A stretch of 64,000 bases of DNA. It comes from Bacteroidales bacterium (GTDB lineage Bacteria; Bacteroidota; Bacteroidia; Bacteroidales; UBA932). The notes under the pieces are model-generated. The model made no database searches and was not told where the DNA came from. It was given only the letters and a program-made list of their open reading frames with translations. The stretch lies in contig JAGAAY010000020.1 in the NCBI GenBank assembly GCA_017615065.1, forward strand, positions 4,672-68,671, written 5' to 3'. The translations under genes were made by a program, and so were the position numbers. Shown in pieces: positions 9,626-19,433 of this stretch; position 1 is the stretch's first letter; the number at the start of each line of letters is the position of its first letter.

Positions 9626-11389
9626 CTACAAATTTGCATCCCACACGGCCCGGACGGCGTGGGTGCTCCAGCGCTCGAAGTATCCGGTTTTCACGTAGGG
9701 GTTGGTGCGGGTGTTGGGGCCGGAGTCGCTGAAGCTGCGGAAGGAGGCGGCTTTGGTGGATCCTCCACCCTGGTGGACGTATGAGGTCCAGTAGATGCCG
9801 GAGTCATTGTTGAAGAAGACGCCGGTGTAGGCGCCGGTCGACCAGCCTTCCACGCAGGGGAAGAAGATGCGGGCGCCGCAGGGGGCGATTGCCGTGTAGC
9901 CGTTGATGTCGTTGCCTTCGAACTTCTTTGTGCTCTTCACCCATTCGCAGTTGTCGATGAGTTCCTTGTACTCCTCTTCCGTAGGCATCCTCCATTTCCC
10001 GCCCCAGTGGCAGTGGGCGGCATCGTCATCAAGGTCGATGATGAAGTTCTGATCGGCCCATGTATATTTGGTATAGGTGTTTCCCCACTGGTCGGTCTTG
10101 TCGGACCATTTGTAGGCCATGAAGCTCACGGTTTTGCCCTGATACCAGGGTTCGGTTTCCGCCCATGCGAACAGGTCTCCGTAACCGGCGGGCACTGTTG
10201 CGCCTACATTGCACACAGCCCAGCGGACGCTCAGGCCCATGTTCACGCCCTTGCCCTCGGCCTCGGCGGAAACAGTTATGGTGGCCGAGGCGCTAAGCTC
10301 TCCGAGCGTGGCCGTTACAGTGCTTGTGCCATAATTTACAGCTACGGCGCGGCCGGCTTCATCAATTGCCACAACGGTTTCGTCGGAGGAACTCCACACA
10401 ATCTCGGTGGCGTGAGCATACTGTGAAGCGGCCGGTTCGAACACCAGTTCGGTGAGCGGTGCACCGCCTACCGGAATTGCAACATCGGCAGTCTCGAAGG
10501 CAATATTCTCCACCGCTACCATCGGCACAGGCACCGTTACCTTGAAGGAATCGGACTTTCCGTTTGCCGATGTCGCCGAGATTTCCGCCTCGCCGGGGCC
10601 GACGGCTTCAAGCAGGCCGTTTTCGCTCACCGTGGCCACATCGGCCTGGCTGCTTTCCCAGGTGACGGTCTTGTCGGAGGCGTTCTCCGGCAGCACGGTG
10701 GCGCTCAGCTGCAGCGTTTGGCCAACTTCCAGCGTCACATTGTCATCGGCTTGGATTTCCACGCTCTCAACGGGGATCGGCAGGACCGTTACCTTGCATT
10801 TTCCGGTCATCTGGTTGTGGGCGATATATGCGCCGACCCAGGCCTCACCGGGCTCGACGGCGGTTACGAGGCCATTTTGGTCGATGGTGGCAACCTTGGT
10901 CCATTCGCTGAACCACTCCAGGGTGTAGGTGGCGTCTTTTGGCTCCACTTTCGCGGAGAGCTGAGCGGTCTCGCCGGGATAAAGCGTGAGCTCTGCGGGG
11001 CTAACCGTAACGCTTTGAGGGTAGACGGGCTCCTTCACCGTTACATAGCAGAGGTCGCTTTTACCGCCGATGTATATGCTGATTCCGCAGTAACCGGGCT
11101 TGAGGGCGGTTACAAAGCCGGTTTCGTCCAGGGAAATCACGCCTTCCGGAATGTCTCCGCCTTCGACTATCTTCCATTTGGCCTCCTGATTGGCGGCATT
11201 TGCAGGGGTTACGGTGAACTCCATCTGATGGGTTTCGCCCACCGCCAGCTCCAGCCGTTGGGGAATGATGGTTACTTCATCGGCAGGGATGAAAGTGTTT
11301 TCCGACGGCTCCGGCAGAATTCCGGACAAATCGCAGGCGCAGACGGCCGCGGCCGCAATGGCTATTGCAAGAGTGTTGAGGATGCGCAT
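9626..11389 (-). CDS. Lipoprotein with Big_2 (Ig-like) repeats and C-terminal Fib_succ_major/DUF1566-like domain
   Basis: MRILNT...AVCAC lipobox. Four repeats of the type LxVGET-QL-A-V-P-NA-W-S--VATV--G-V-A. C-terminus VNMGLSVRWAVCNVGA..WRMPT..YWTS..VRAV. Confidence 0.85.
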   Translation of the reverse strand: MRILNTLAIAIAAAAVCACDLSGILPEPSENTFIPADEVTIIPQRLELAVGETHQMEFTVTPANAANQEAKWKIVEGGDIPEGVISLDETGFVTALKPGYCGISIYIGGKSDLCYVTVKEPVYPQSVTVSPAELTLYPGETAQLSAKVEPKDATYTLEWFSEWTKVATIDQNGLVTAVEPGEAWVGAYIAHNQMTGKCKVTVLPIPVESVEIQADDNVTLEVGQTLQLSATVLPENASDKTVTWESSQADVATVSENGLLEAVGPGEAEISATSANGKSDSFKVTVPVPMVAVENIAFETADVAIPVGGAPLTELVFEPAASQYAHATEIVWSSSDETVVAIDEAGRAVAVNYGTSTVTATLGELSASATITVSAEAEGKGVNMGLSVRWAVCNVGATVPAGYGDLFAWAETEPWYQGKTVSFMAYKWSDKTDQWGNTYTKYTWADQNFIIDLDDDAAHCHWGGKWRMPTEEEYKELIDNCEWVKSTKKFEGNDINGYTAIAPCGARIFFPCVEGWSTGAYTGVFFNNDSGIYWTSYVHQGGGSTKAASFRSFSDSGPNTRTNPYVKTGYFERWSTHAVRAVWDANL

Positions 11390-11668
11390 AAATCGGGTTT
11401 TTGAGTATACAAAGATAATGATTTTGTGCGAAACGCATGACATGGCGCTTTCATGTGTTTCGTGGCTGGTTTAGACGTGGATTGTCGCAAAAGCGGGACA
11501 CGAGACACACCAAACGGCACTTTCGTGCGCTTCGCGTAGGCCCATTATTATCAGTGCTCCCGGGGGTGCCGGTCACAGGACCCTCAGGAGCACTGAATGT
11601 CCTGTGAAGTGACCGGCGGCTTTGGTTTTTTCGCTGAAAGAACTATATTTGTAGCGAAACAGAAGACT

Positions 11669-12589
11669 ATGAGTGACAAATCGTTAACGGGAACTTTGGC
11701 CAAGGCGCTGCCTTTTGTGGTTTTTATTGCGGGAGCGTCGCTGTTTATTTGGAACGAGTATCGCACGGCAAGGCTGGCGGGCGTAGTCAGGGAGGCCGGG
11801 AAGGAGTGCTTGGAGCTGGACATTAACGCACCGTTGGACCCTTCTGTGGAGGGGAAACTGGTGCATGCTACCGGTGTAACTACCGGGGCGGAGCCGTTGA
11901 GGGACCCGGACCTGGGGGTAGAGGCCGATGCGCTTATTCTTAAACGGACCGTGAGCTATTTCCAGCTCGTGGAGTATCACGATAACCAGACCGATGAACT
12001 CACATACTATACAGACTGGTGTTCCAGCCCGCTGAGCTCCGAAGATTATATTGCAAAATACCGTGATGCAAATTTCGCATACGTGCGCATTGGCAGCCGC
12101 AAGGACACTTGCAAAACCGTTATGCTGGGTGCGTATAAGCTGCAGTCCGATTTGGTGGGATGGCTCCGGGACTTCGGCCCCGAAGTGGAGGTGAGACTGT
12201 CGAATGAGGCGAAGGACAGGCTTTCACGGCAGGCCCAGGCCACCGCGCCGGACCGGCGCCGTCCCAAGGTGCAGGTGTTCGGCAACCGGGTCTATATCGG
12301 CCAGAATCCGGATGAACCGCAGGTGGGCGATGTCTCCATCGAATATGAAGCCGTTCCACACGAAAAGATAACGGTTCTGGCAAAAGTGCAGAACGGGCAG
12401 TTCGTTAAATACGGGGCCCAAAAGGAGTTTTTTATATACAAAATTGTTCCCGGCTCGGTGAATGCCGAGTATCTTCTGCAGGAAGAGAGAAAAGACAACC
12501 GCCAGCTTGGCTGGGTGCTTCGCGGCATCGCTCTGGTGCTTCTGGTTTTAGGCGCACCTGGCTCCTTAAGTGTTATTAAAAAGAAGTGA
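11669..12589 (+). CDS. TMEM43 (DUF1625) family membrane protein
   Basis: WNE after the N-terminal TM helix, EGKLVHATG, LRDPDLGV, LKRTV, PQVGDV, C-terminal TM. Confidence 0.75.
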   Translation: MSDKSLTGTLAKALPFVVFIAGASLFIWNEYRTARLAGVVREAGKECLELDINAPLDPSVEGKLVHATGVTTGAEPLRDPDLGVEADALILKRTVSYFQLVEYHDNQTDELTYYTDWCSSPLSSEDYIAKYRDANFAYVRIGSRKDTCKTVMLGAYKLQSDLVGWLRDFGPEVEVRLSNEAKDRLSRQAQATAPDRRRPKVQVFGNRVYIGQNPDEPQVGDVSIEYEAVPHEKITVLAKVQNGQFVKYGAQKEFFIYKIVPGSVNAEYLLQEERKDNRQLGWVLRGIALVLLVLGAPGSLSVIKKK

Positions 12590-13014
12590 CGACGACCATT
12601 AAATCCTTCCCCGAACTCACCAACGAAGAGTTTTTCCGCATCTGCGAGGTGCGGGAGCAGGTTTTCGTGCTGGAGCAGAAAATCACTCTCTGCGCCGAAC
12701 TTGACGAGCAGGACCTGCATTCCATCCACATCACAATGGCCGATGGCGGGAAAATCCTCGCCTATGCCCGCTGTTTTGCCGATGACGGCGTCGCCCACAT
12801 CGGCCGCGTCCTGACTACGGTTCGCGGCAAAGGCTACGGCCGTGATATCATGTTGTCGGCAATGCAAGTCTGCCGCGAACGCCTTGGCTGCCGCCGCATC
12901 GTCGTCCACGCCCAGCAGCAGGTGATCCCCTTCTACGAGAAACTCGGCTTCCGCGTCACCTCCGCCCTCTTCGACGAATGCGGCATCCTGCATAGGACGA
13001 TGGAGTGGGAGTGA
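12586..13014 (+). CDS. GNAT acetyltransferase (ElaA-like)
   Basis: REQVFVLEQ, IGRVLT, RGKGYG, HAQ, FYEKLGF. Confidence 0.85.
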   Translation: MTTTIKSFPELTNEEFFRICEVREQVFVLEQKITLCAELDEQDLHSIHITMADGGKILAYARCFADDGVAHIGRVLTTVRGKGYGRDIMLSAMQVCRERLGCRRIVVHAQQQVIPFYEKLGFRVTSALFDECGILHRTMEWE

Positions 13015-13058
13015 GCGCTATTGTGCGTCTCGCAAACTTGTGGTATCTTTGCGGAAGT

Positions 13059-13415
13059 ATGAAACACTTTTTAATAGCCATTGCGGCACTGCTGCTGGGG
13101 GTGTCTGCTGCCAGGGCGCAGGAGCCGGCCACTCTTGAGGGCACGTGGTGCCTTTGTGAGATTCTTTCTTTCGATGCCAGCGGGGAGCCGTCCGGGGGAA
13201 TGACCGTGGGCAAGGACTACATTGAGTTCCGGGCCGATGGCACTTGTGTCATGCTCGCCAGCAAGCAGGAGAAGGAGTATTCCTACGATGCGGAAACCGG
13301 CGCACTCGTCATCGGCATACGAAAAGCAAAGGTGGTGCAGTTGACCTCCGACGAACTGGTGTGGGAAGAAGTGAGCGGCGGCAATACGATGCGATACCGT
13401 CTCCGTAAAAAATAA
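13059..13415 (+). CDS. Secreted lipocalin-like protein
   Basis: Signal peptide; LEGTW, IEFRADGT, LTSDELV; TATCTTTG promoter at 13044. Confidence 0.65.
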   Translation: MKHFLIAIAALLLGVSAARAQEPATLEGTWCLCEILSFDASGEPSGGMTVGKDYIEFRADGTCVMLASKQEKEYSYDAETGALVIGIRKAKVVQLTSDELVWEEVSGGNTMRYRLRKK

Positions 13416-13419
13416 CGCT

Positions 13420-14214
13420 ATGATATCATTCTGGACTATATTTATTCTGGTGCTGGATTTTCTGGTGGGAATGGCGGTGCCTGTGCTGCTGGCCGTGTGG
13501 CTGGTGAAGAAGTACCATTGCAAGATTGAGACTGTCCTCATCGGCGCGGGAACGTTTTTCCTGTTTGCGCTGGTGCTGGAGAGCATGGTGCATATGGTGG
13601 TGCTCAAGAACTTCGATCTCCAGAGCCACAAGATTGCCTATGCTCTGTACGGAGGCCTTATGGCAGGCCTTTTTGAGGAAACCGGCCGGTTCCTGTCGAT
13701 GAAGTTCCTGCTGAAGAAGGACAATAATCACACGGCGCTGGCATATGGTGTGGGCCACGGGGGAATGGAGGTGATCATGGTATTTGCGATGAGCATGTTT
13801 TCCATGGCATTGATAGCCATTCTGTCCAATATGGGCAAGATGGACGTGCTGTTTGCCAAGGCTCCGGCCGATCCGGCTGCGACATCCCAGGTGGATGCTA
13901 TGGTGGAAGCGATGCGAACAAACGCTCCGGCTACTTATCTGCTGGGTATGTGGGAGAGAGCATCGGCCCTGGTGCTTCATGTTTCGCTCTCCGTTCTGGT
14001 ATTTACCGCTGTGCGCAAGGGGGGCCGATATCTTTGGCTCTTCCCTGCGGCTATTCTGCTGCACGCGCTGCTGGACGGCGTTGCGGTGATGCTTAATGGT
14101 CAGGTTGATGCCATACTCCTTGAAGTGATTATCATGTGCATGGCCATAGCGATTGCAGCGCTGGCATTCATTATTAATAAGAAATGTAAACCCGGAGAAG
14201 TGCCGGTAGAATAA
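13420..14214 (+). CDS. YhfC family intramembrane glutamic/metalloprotease
   Basis: AGLFEETGR, YGVGHGGME, WER, AILLHALLD; multi-TM. Confidence 0.85.
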   Translation: MISFWTIFILVLDFLVGMAVPVLLAVWLVKKYHCKIETVLIGAGTFFLFALVLESMVHMVVLKNFDLQSHKIAYALYGGLMAGLFEETGRFLSMKFLLKKDNNHTALAYGVGHGGMEVIMVFAMSMFSMALIAILSNMGKMDVLFAKAPADPAATSQVDAMVEAMRTNAPATYLLGMWERASALVLHVSLSVLVFTAVRKGGRYLWLFPAAILLHALLDGVAVMLNGQVDAILLEVIIMCMAIAIAALAFIINKKCKPGEVPVE

Positions 14215-14215
14215 T

Positions 14216-15517
14216 ATGAAAGAAGATCTCTCCGAAGTGCTGGAACTGGCGGCCGATGCCGGTCACGTGCTCCTGGAAAACGGGGCGGAAATATCGCGAG
14301 TGGAGGATATCATGGCGCGTATTGCCACGCATTTCGGCGTGAGTTCCGGCAGTTTCTTCGTGCTGTCAAACGGCATTTTCACTACCGGTCAGGCGGAGAA
14401 GATTTCAAAGGCCGGCGGGCAGGCATCGACCTATGCCAACGTGGAGTTCATTCCCATCAGGGGAGTGCAGCTGGCAAAGGTGGTTGAGGTGAACCGGCTC
14501 AGTTACGACATTGCGGCCGACAGATGCACTCTGGCCCAGGCGCGGGAGCGTTTGAAGGCCATTAAGGAGGCCCCGGCGGCTCCGGCCTGGGAGAGTATCC
14601 TGGGATCGGCACTTGGTGCTGGAGGTTTCTGTGCAGTGTTCGGCGGCGGGTTTATGGACTGTGCCGCCGCGTTTGTGGCCGGGCTGCTGCTGTATGTGTT
14701 CCTTATCTTCGTGAGCGGCAGGTTCATGTCCAAGATTGTGGGCGGAATCTGCAACGCGCTTCTGGTAACACTCATCTGCATTGCGGAGTGGAGACTTGGC
14801 TTCGGGTGCAGCCTGGGCAATATCATCATCGGCGCAATAATGCCCCTGATTCCCGGCGTGCCCTTCGTGAACGGCGTGCGGGATCTCGCGAATTCGGACT
14901 ATATCGCGGGCCTGACGCGCCTCACGGATGCCATGCTGTCGTTCTTCTGCATCGCCATCGGTGTTATTCTGGCATTTATGGCCGATGGTGCCATGCTTGG
15001 CGGGATGATCGAGCTTGAGGGGATGAGCGTGAGTGCGGAGACATCGGCATTGGGATGGCAGGTGCTGGCGGCGTTCATCGGCACGGCTGCTTTTGCCGAT
15101 TTGTTCGGGATGAAACGCAGTCATTATGCTGTGGCGGGCCTCATTGGCGCTATCGGCTGGTGCGTGTATCTGCTTCTTGCGCGTTATGCAGGGGCTTCTC
15201 CGGCAGTGGGAACGCTGATTTCCGCCATATTGGTTTGCATGCTGTCCCGCTTCTCTGCCGTACCCATGCGCAGTCCCGCGCAGGTGTTCCTGCTGTGCGG
15301 CATTTTCCCGCTGGTTCCGGGCGCCGGCATTTTCTGGTTTACGTATTTCCTTACCGCAGGGCAGTTCTCCCTCTCCCTGCACAGCGGTTTCGTGGCGGTG
15401 AAAGTGGCCGTGGCGCTTGTGCTTGGCATCATCCTGGCCATGGAACTGCCGCAGCGGCTGTTTTCCGTTTTTAAACGGAAAGACGCACCCCGGCAGCCGT
15501 GGCGCTTAACTCACTGA
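14216..15517 (+). CDS. ThrE family threonine/serine exporter (fused ThrE/ThrE_2)
   Basis: LLENGAEISRVED, IMPLIPG, FPLVPG; about 10 TM segments. The stop codon lies inside repeat copy 1. Confidence 0.85.
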   Translation: MKEDLSEVLELAADAGHVLLENGAEISRVEDIMARIATHFGVSSGSFFVLSNGIFTTGQAEKISKAGGQASTYANVEFIPIRGVQLAKVVEVNRLSYDIAADRCTLAQARERLKAIKEAPAAPAWESILGSALGAGGFCAVFGGGFMDCAAAFVAGLLLYVFLIFVSGRFMSKIVGGICNALLVTLICIAEWRLGFGCSLGNIIIGAIMPLIPGVPFVNGVRDLANSDYIAGLTRLTDAMLSFFCIAIGVILAFMADGAMLGGMIELEGMSVSAETSALGWQVLAAFIGTAAFADLFGMKRSHYAVAGLIGAIGWCVYLLLARYAGASPAVGTLISAILVCMLSRFSAVPMRSPAQVFLLCGIFPLVPGAGIFWFTYFLTAGQFSLSLHSGFVAVKVAVALVLGIILAMELPQRLFSVFKRKDAPRQPWRLTH

Positions 15518-15604
15518 TATTCAGTGAAATAATAGTTTCCCGGTGCAAATTTTTTTGCACCGGGAAACATATAACACGTTGTGTGTAAATAACTTAGCCG
15601 CCAG
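15499..15604. repeat. 106-bp composite palindromic element, copy 1 (degenerate left end)
   Basis: gtggcgcttaa...gtttcccggtgcaaa-tttt-tttgcaccgggaaac...ttagccgccag. Confidence 0.9.
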
Positions 15605-15605
15605 A

Positions 15606-16055
15606 CTATTTTTTAAACAGGCCGCCGAGTATGCTCTTTGCAGTTTCCAGAAGGCCGCCGCCGTTGCTGCCCTTGAGTGTGAGGATAAGGTCCTGGAAGT
15701 CAACGTCGCCATCGCCGTCCTGGTCCTTGAGAATGCCGCCCAGTTTGCCCATGATGCCGGGGATGAGGGCGCCGAGTTTGGTTTCCAGGCCGCCAAGATC
15801 CAGGTTCTTGAGAGTGTTGTTCTTGAACAGATTGCCTGCGAGATCCGTGACGGGGCTCTTTGCCGCGTCAATCTTGCCGGTGAGGAGTTCCTTGAGCTGG
15901 TCTACGCCGCCGGGCTGGGTCACAGTCTGTGTGAGGGAACCGAAAATGGAGTCTGACATGCCCCCGAGGACTTTTTCCTTGAGGTTTGCAGGGATATTGA
16001 CTTTTCCTGCTGCCGATGCTACCTGTGAAGAGATGAAATCGCTGATTCCTGCCAT
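15606..16055 (-). CDS. Gly-rich hypothetical protein (DUF937-like) with DxDxDG motif
   Basis: MAGISDF..., DQDGDGDVDFQD, GGLL...GGLFKK; a -7 promoter on the minus strand at 16083-16090. Confidence 0.7.
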   Translation of the reverse strand: MAGISDFISSQVASAAGKVNIPANLKEKVLGGMSDSIFGSLTQTVTQPGGVDQLKELLTGKIDAAKSPVTDLAGNLFKNNTLKNLDLGGLETKLGALIPGIMGKLGGILKDQDGDGDVDFQDLILTLKGSNGGGLLETAKSILGGLFKK

Positions 16056-16133
16056 AGTGTTATTGAGGTTTATAGGTTTGTACAAATATACAAATAAATT
16101 GTTATTTTTGTGACTGCAGAAACAGATTACAAT

Positions 16134-16859
16134 ATGAAATCTATCAGTCAAAACAAGAGAGAGGCACGTGAGAGCCTCAGAGGCAACTGGGCGCCCTGTG
16201 TGCTTGCAATGGCATTATACATTGTGGTAACCATGGTATGTATGTCACCCAGTTATATGTACCAGTTGCTTCATCCTACTTTCTCCCAGGATCTGGCATA
16301 TGCCGCGCAGACCAACAATATTACCGACATGATCGGCATTTACGGAGGTATGTCCCGGATGTCATCCATCGGCTCGCTGCTTCAGATCCTGATCCTGAAC
16401 GCCGTCACAGTAGGCTTTATGGGAGCTTTCCTCAAGTTCTACAGGGAAAAGGACACGGCGGTTGCCGGAAATATGTTCAATATGGCCTTCAAGGACTATG
16501 GACACAAGATTCTGGGCATGTTCCTGATGGGCCTGTTCATCTTCCTGTGGACCCTTCTGCTGATTATCCCGGGTATCATCAAGTCCTTCTCTTATGCGAT
16601 GACTCCGTACATCCTTAATGAGTATCCCAATGTGGGCGTGAACGACAGCATCGACATAAGCCGCAAAATGATGAAGGGTCACAAACTGGACCTCTTCCTG
16701 CTTGAGCTCAGCTTCATCGGCTGGATTCTCCTAAGCATTCTCACCCTGGGCATCGGCCTGTTATGGCTTGGCCCTTACATGCAAACCTCCATGAGCATCT
16801 TCTACGAAGACGTCAAGGCAGAATACATTGAGAAGAACGGCGATATGGCGTTCAGATAA
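16134..16859 (+). CDS. DUF975 family membrane protein
   Basis: ARESLRGNW, LWTLLLIIPGIIKSFSYAMTPYI, SRKMMKGHKLDLF, LSFIGW. Confidence 0.9.
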   Translation: MKSISQNKREARESLRGNWAPCVLAMALYIVVTMVCMSPSYMYQLLHPTFSQDLAYAAQTNNITDMIGIYGGMSRMSSIGSLLQILILNAVTVGFMGAFLKFYREKDTAVAGNMFNMAFKDYGHKILGMFLMGLFIFLWTLLLIIPGIIKSFSYAMTPYILNEYPNVGVNDSIDISRKMMKGHKLDLFLLELSFIGWILLSILTLGIGLLWLGPYMQTSMSIFYEDVKAEYIEKNGDMAFR

Positions 16860-16861
16860 TT

Positions 16862-16967
16862 CTGGCGGCTAACGCACTGATACTCAACGATTTGATTGTT
16901 TCCCGGTGCAAATTTATTTGCACCGGGAAACATGTAAATAATTGACACACAAAGATATAGCCGCCAG
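16862..16967. repeat. 106-bp composite palindromic element, copy 2
   Basis: ctggcggctaa...tgtttcccggtgcaaa-ttta-tttgcaccgggaaaca...atagccgccag. Confidence 0.95.
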
Positions 16968-16988
16968 GCTTAGCAGCACCACTGCTAC

Positions 16989-17027
16989 AAAAAAAGTCTC
17001 CGACATCGAAATGCCGGAGACTTTTTT
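16989..17027. terminator. Bidirectional intrinsic terminator
   Basis: aaaaaaagtctccg...cggagacttttttt hairpin with A and T tails, between convergent genes. Confidence 0.8.
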
Positions 17028-17046
17028 ACGTTCTGTTGCTTAGATG

Positions 17047-17505
17047 CTAGAAAGCATAGCGGAGACCGAGGGCGATACCATGCCAGCCGAAGCCTACGCC
17101 ACCGATGAGGGTTACCATAGGACGCCAGTCAAGTGAGAGCTGCAGTGGAATTGCGTCGAAGAAATACTCCAGACCGACCTGTGCGCCAATACCAAGACCA
17201 AGCCTCATCAGGTGTGCATCTTTTGCCGCATCGTAGTAGTCCCAGGTGTAGAGATCCGCTGCGGGGCCTGCATAGAGGTTGAACGGGCCGAGGGGCATGA
17301 TGCTGAAGTCATAAGCTGCGGCGATGTTGATACCACTGTAGTAGGCATCCCAACCAAGATCGAACTCCAGGAAGTTCTCACCGAGGCTGTGCTGATAGGA
17401 GAGCTCGGTTGAGTAACCACCACGTACACCGAGGGCGCGGGGCTGTGCGGATGCTGCAACTGCGATGCCAAGCATCAGAGCAACGATAACGATAAGTTTT
17501 TTCAT
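17047..17505 (-). CDS. Small outer-membrane beta-barrel protein
   Basis: Signal peptide; GLEYFF, QLSLDWRP, C-terminal GLRYAF. Confidence 0.8.
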   Translation of the reverse strand: MKKLIVIVALMLGIAVAASAQPRALGVRGGYSTELSYQHSLGENFLEFDLGWDAYYSGINIAAAYDFSIMPLGPFNLYAGPAADLYTWDYYDAAKDAHLMRLGLGIGAQVGLEYFFDAIPLQLSLDWRPMVTLIGGVGFGWHGIALGLRYAF

Positions 17506-17563
17506 AGTGTTTAGTATTTTAGTTAGTGAATGTTCACAACTACAAATATAGTAATTTTTTCAT

Positions 17564-18160
17564 TTAAACAATACCGCTGAAGCCCATAAACGCAAGGGCA
17601 AGGATTCCGACGCTTATCAGCGCAATCGGCACACCCTTGAAGGCCTTGGGTACATCGGAAAGGGCCAGATGCTCGCGGATTCCGGCGAAAATAATCATCG
17701 CCAGACCATAGCCGAGAGCCGTTGCCACAGCGTAAACCAGGGCCTGCGCAAGATTCAAAGTCCCACCTGGTACAAAGGCAAACTCCTTGGTAACCACGGT
17801 GATGGCAACGCCAAGCACGGCGCAGTTGGTGGTAATGAGCGGCAGGAAAATGCCTAGAGCCTGATAAAGTGCAGGGGATACCTTCTTTAAAACAATCTCC
17901 ACCATCTGCACAAGCGCGGCAATAACCAGAATGAACGCGATGGTCTGCAGGAACTCAATCTTCAGCGGCACCAGCAGGTACATATTTAATAAATAAGTAA
18001 CCAGCGTAGCCAGCGTAATGACGAAGCACACCGCCAGCGACATTCCTGTTGCGGTGGAAAGCTTGTTGGATACGCCCAGGAAGGGGCAGATTCCCAGGAA
18101 CTGGGCCAGGACTATATTGTTGACGAAAATCGCCGAGATAATGATCAGAAAGTATTCCAT
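17564..18160 (-). CDS. rnfA: Rnf complex subunit A
   Basis: [36 protein letters not shown]. Confidence 0.95.
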   Translation of the reverse strand: MEYFLIIISAIFVNNIVLAQFLGICPFLGVSNKLSTATGMSLAVCFVITLATLVTYLLNMYLLVPLKIEFLQTIAFILVIAALVQMVEIVLKKVSPALYQALGIFLPLITTNCAVLGVAITVVTKEFAFVPGGTLNLAQALVYAVATALGYGLAMIIFAGIREHLALSDVPKAFKGVPIALISVGILALAFMGFSGIV

Positions 18161-18163
18161 AGC

Positions 18164-18751
18164 CTATTTCTTGAAAATCTTGTTGAACAGTACCAGCAGA
18201 TAGCCCAGGCAAAGGAAAGCGCCGGGAGCCATCACGAATGCGAGCATTCCGTCGTGCCCGCCTATGAAATTGAAGCCGAATGCCGATCCGGAGCCGAGAA
18301 TCTCGCGCACCAGGCCAAGCACCGTCAACGCCAGGGTAAAACCAAGTCCTACGCCCAAACCGTCACAGGCCGATGCAATAACGCCGTTCTTGTTTGCGAA
18401 AGCCTCGGCGCGCCCCAGGACGATGCAGTTCACCACGATCAGCGGGATGAACAGTCCCAGAGTCTCGTACATAGCGGGCGTGAAAGCCTGCATGAGGAAC
18501 TGCAGCAGCGTCACGAAAGTGGCAATTACCACAATGTACACGGGAATGTGAACCTTGTCCGGTACGAGAGGGGAGATGGCCGAAATGGCCATATTGGAGA
18601 GCACCAGCACAAACAGCGTGGCCAGGCCCATCGACATGCCGTTGATTGCCGATGTCGTAGTGGCCAGAGTGGGGCACATGCCAAGCAGCAGCACGAAAGT
18701 GGGGTTGTTCTTGACAAGCCCGTCGCCGATTAATTTCAAATTCTTGTTCAT
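18164..18751 (-). CDS. rnfE: Rnf complex subunit E
   Basis: NPTFVLLLGMCPTLATT, FIPLIVVNCIVLGRAEAFA; start MNKNLK at 18751. Confidence 0.95.
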   Translation of the reverse strand: MNKNLKLIGDGLVKNNPTFVLLLGMCPTLATTTSAINGMSMGLATLFVLVLSNMAISAISPLVPDKVHIPVYIVVIATFVTLLQFLMQAFTPAMYETLGLFIPLIVVNCIVLGRAEAFANKNGVIASACDGLGVGLGFTLALTVLGLVREILGSGSAFGFNFIGGHDGMLAFVMAPGAFLCLGYLLVLFNKIFKK

Positions 18752-18764
18752 ATTGTGCCCTCCC

Positions 18765-19430
18765 TTATTGTAAGATAATAGCGGGGACGACGGCGTCATC
18801 GTCCGTAATGATGCCGGAAAGGTCGATTCCGGATATGTCGATGTCGACGGCAGGCCCCAGGACCGACGACGTGCCGGAGATGGCGCGGAATGCCTCAATG
18901 GCGCCCGCCACAGCCTTGGTGTATGCGCGAGAAGTGATGGTGGAAGCCGTAATTGCGTCGATGCTGCCGCCGTCCTTCTTCACTGAAAGCTCGGCCACGG
19001 AAGGATCCAGGCCCTTCCACTGCTCCATGAATTTCTTGTCCGATGTGCACTTGGCGCCGAGACCCGGAGTTTCGCTGTGCGACAGCACGGAAGTGTTGTA
19101 TACCACGCCATCGGCAGTGACTCCCACAAGCAGGGTTAGAGGGCCGCCGAAGCCCACCGCAGTGGAGCGGATGGCGTAGCCTATCACCTTGTCATCGGCC
19201 ATTGCCTTGAAATAAGTAACCTCCCCGATCTGGTCGAAGCTCTCGGTAATCTCCTCCACGGAAGTGAAAGAGGGGAGCACTTCGCCGATGGAGCGGGCGG
19301 TCTTTGCCGCAGCGGCCTCGCGTATGGGAGCCTCGGTAACCGCGTATGCAACGCCCAGGATGGCCGAGCACAGCAGGCAGGTGACGCCCAGGCAGAGAAC
19401 CATGTTCAAAAGTGTCGATTTTGCCGCCAT
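18765..19430 (-). CDS. rnfG: Rnf complex subunit G
   Basis: GFGGP, HSETPGLG, IDAITASTITS (FMN site). Confidence 0.92.
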   Translation of the reverse strand: MAAKSTLLNMVLCLGVTCLLCSAILGVAYAVTEAPIREAAAAKTARSIGEVLPSFTSVEEITESFDQIGEVTYFKAMADDKVIGYAIRSTAVGFGGPLTLLVGVTADGVVYNTSVLSHSETPGLGAKCTSDKKFMEQWKGLDPSVAELSVKKDGGSIDAITASTITSRAYTKAVAGAIEAFRAISGTSSVLGPAVDIDISGIDLSGIITDDDAVVPAIILQ

Positions 19431-19433
19431 AGC

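Noticed and set aside
2655-11389. Complete DGR in this window
   Set aside because: No reverse transcriptase, Avd or template repeat was found; only target-like domains are present.
16897-16932. Central hairpin as an ordinary intrinsic terminator
   Set aside because: It has no poly-T tail, its sequence is near-identical at seven loci, and copy 2 has a separate true terminator at 16989-17027.
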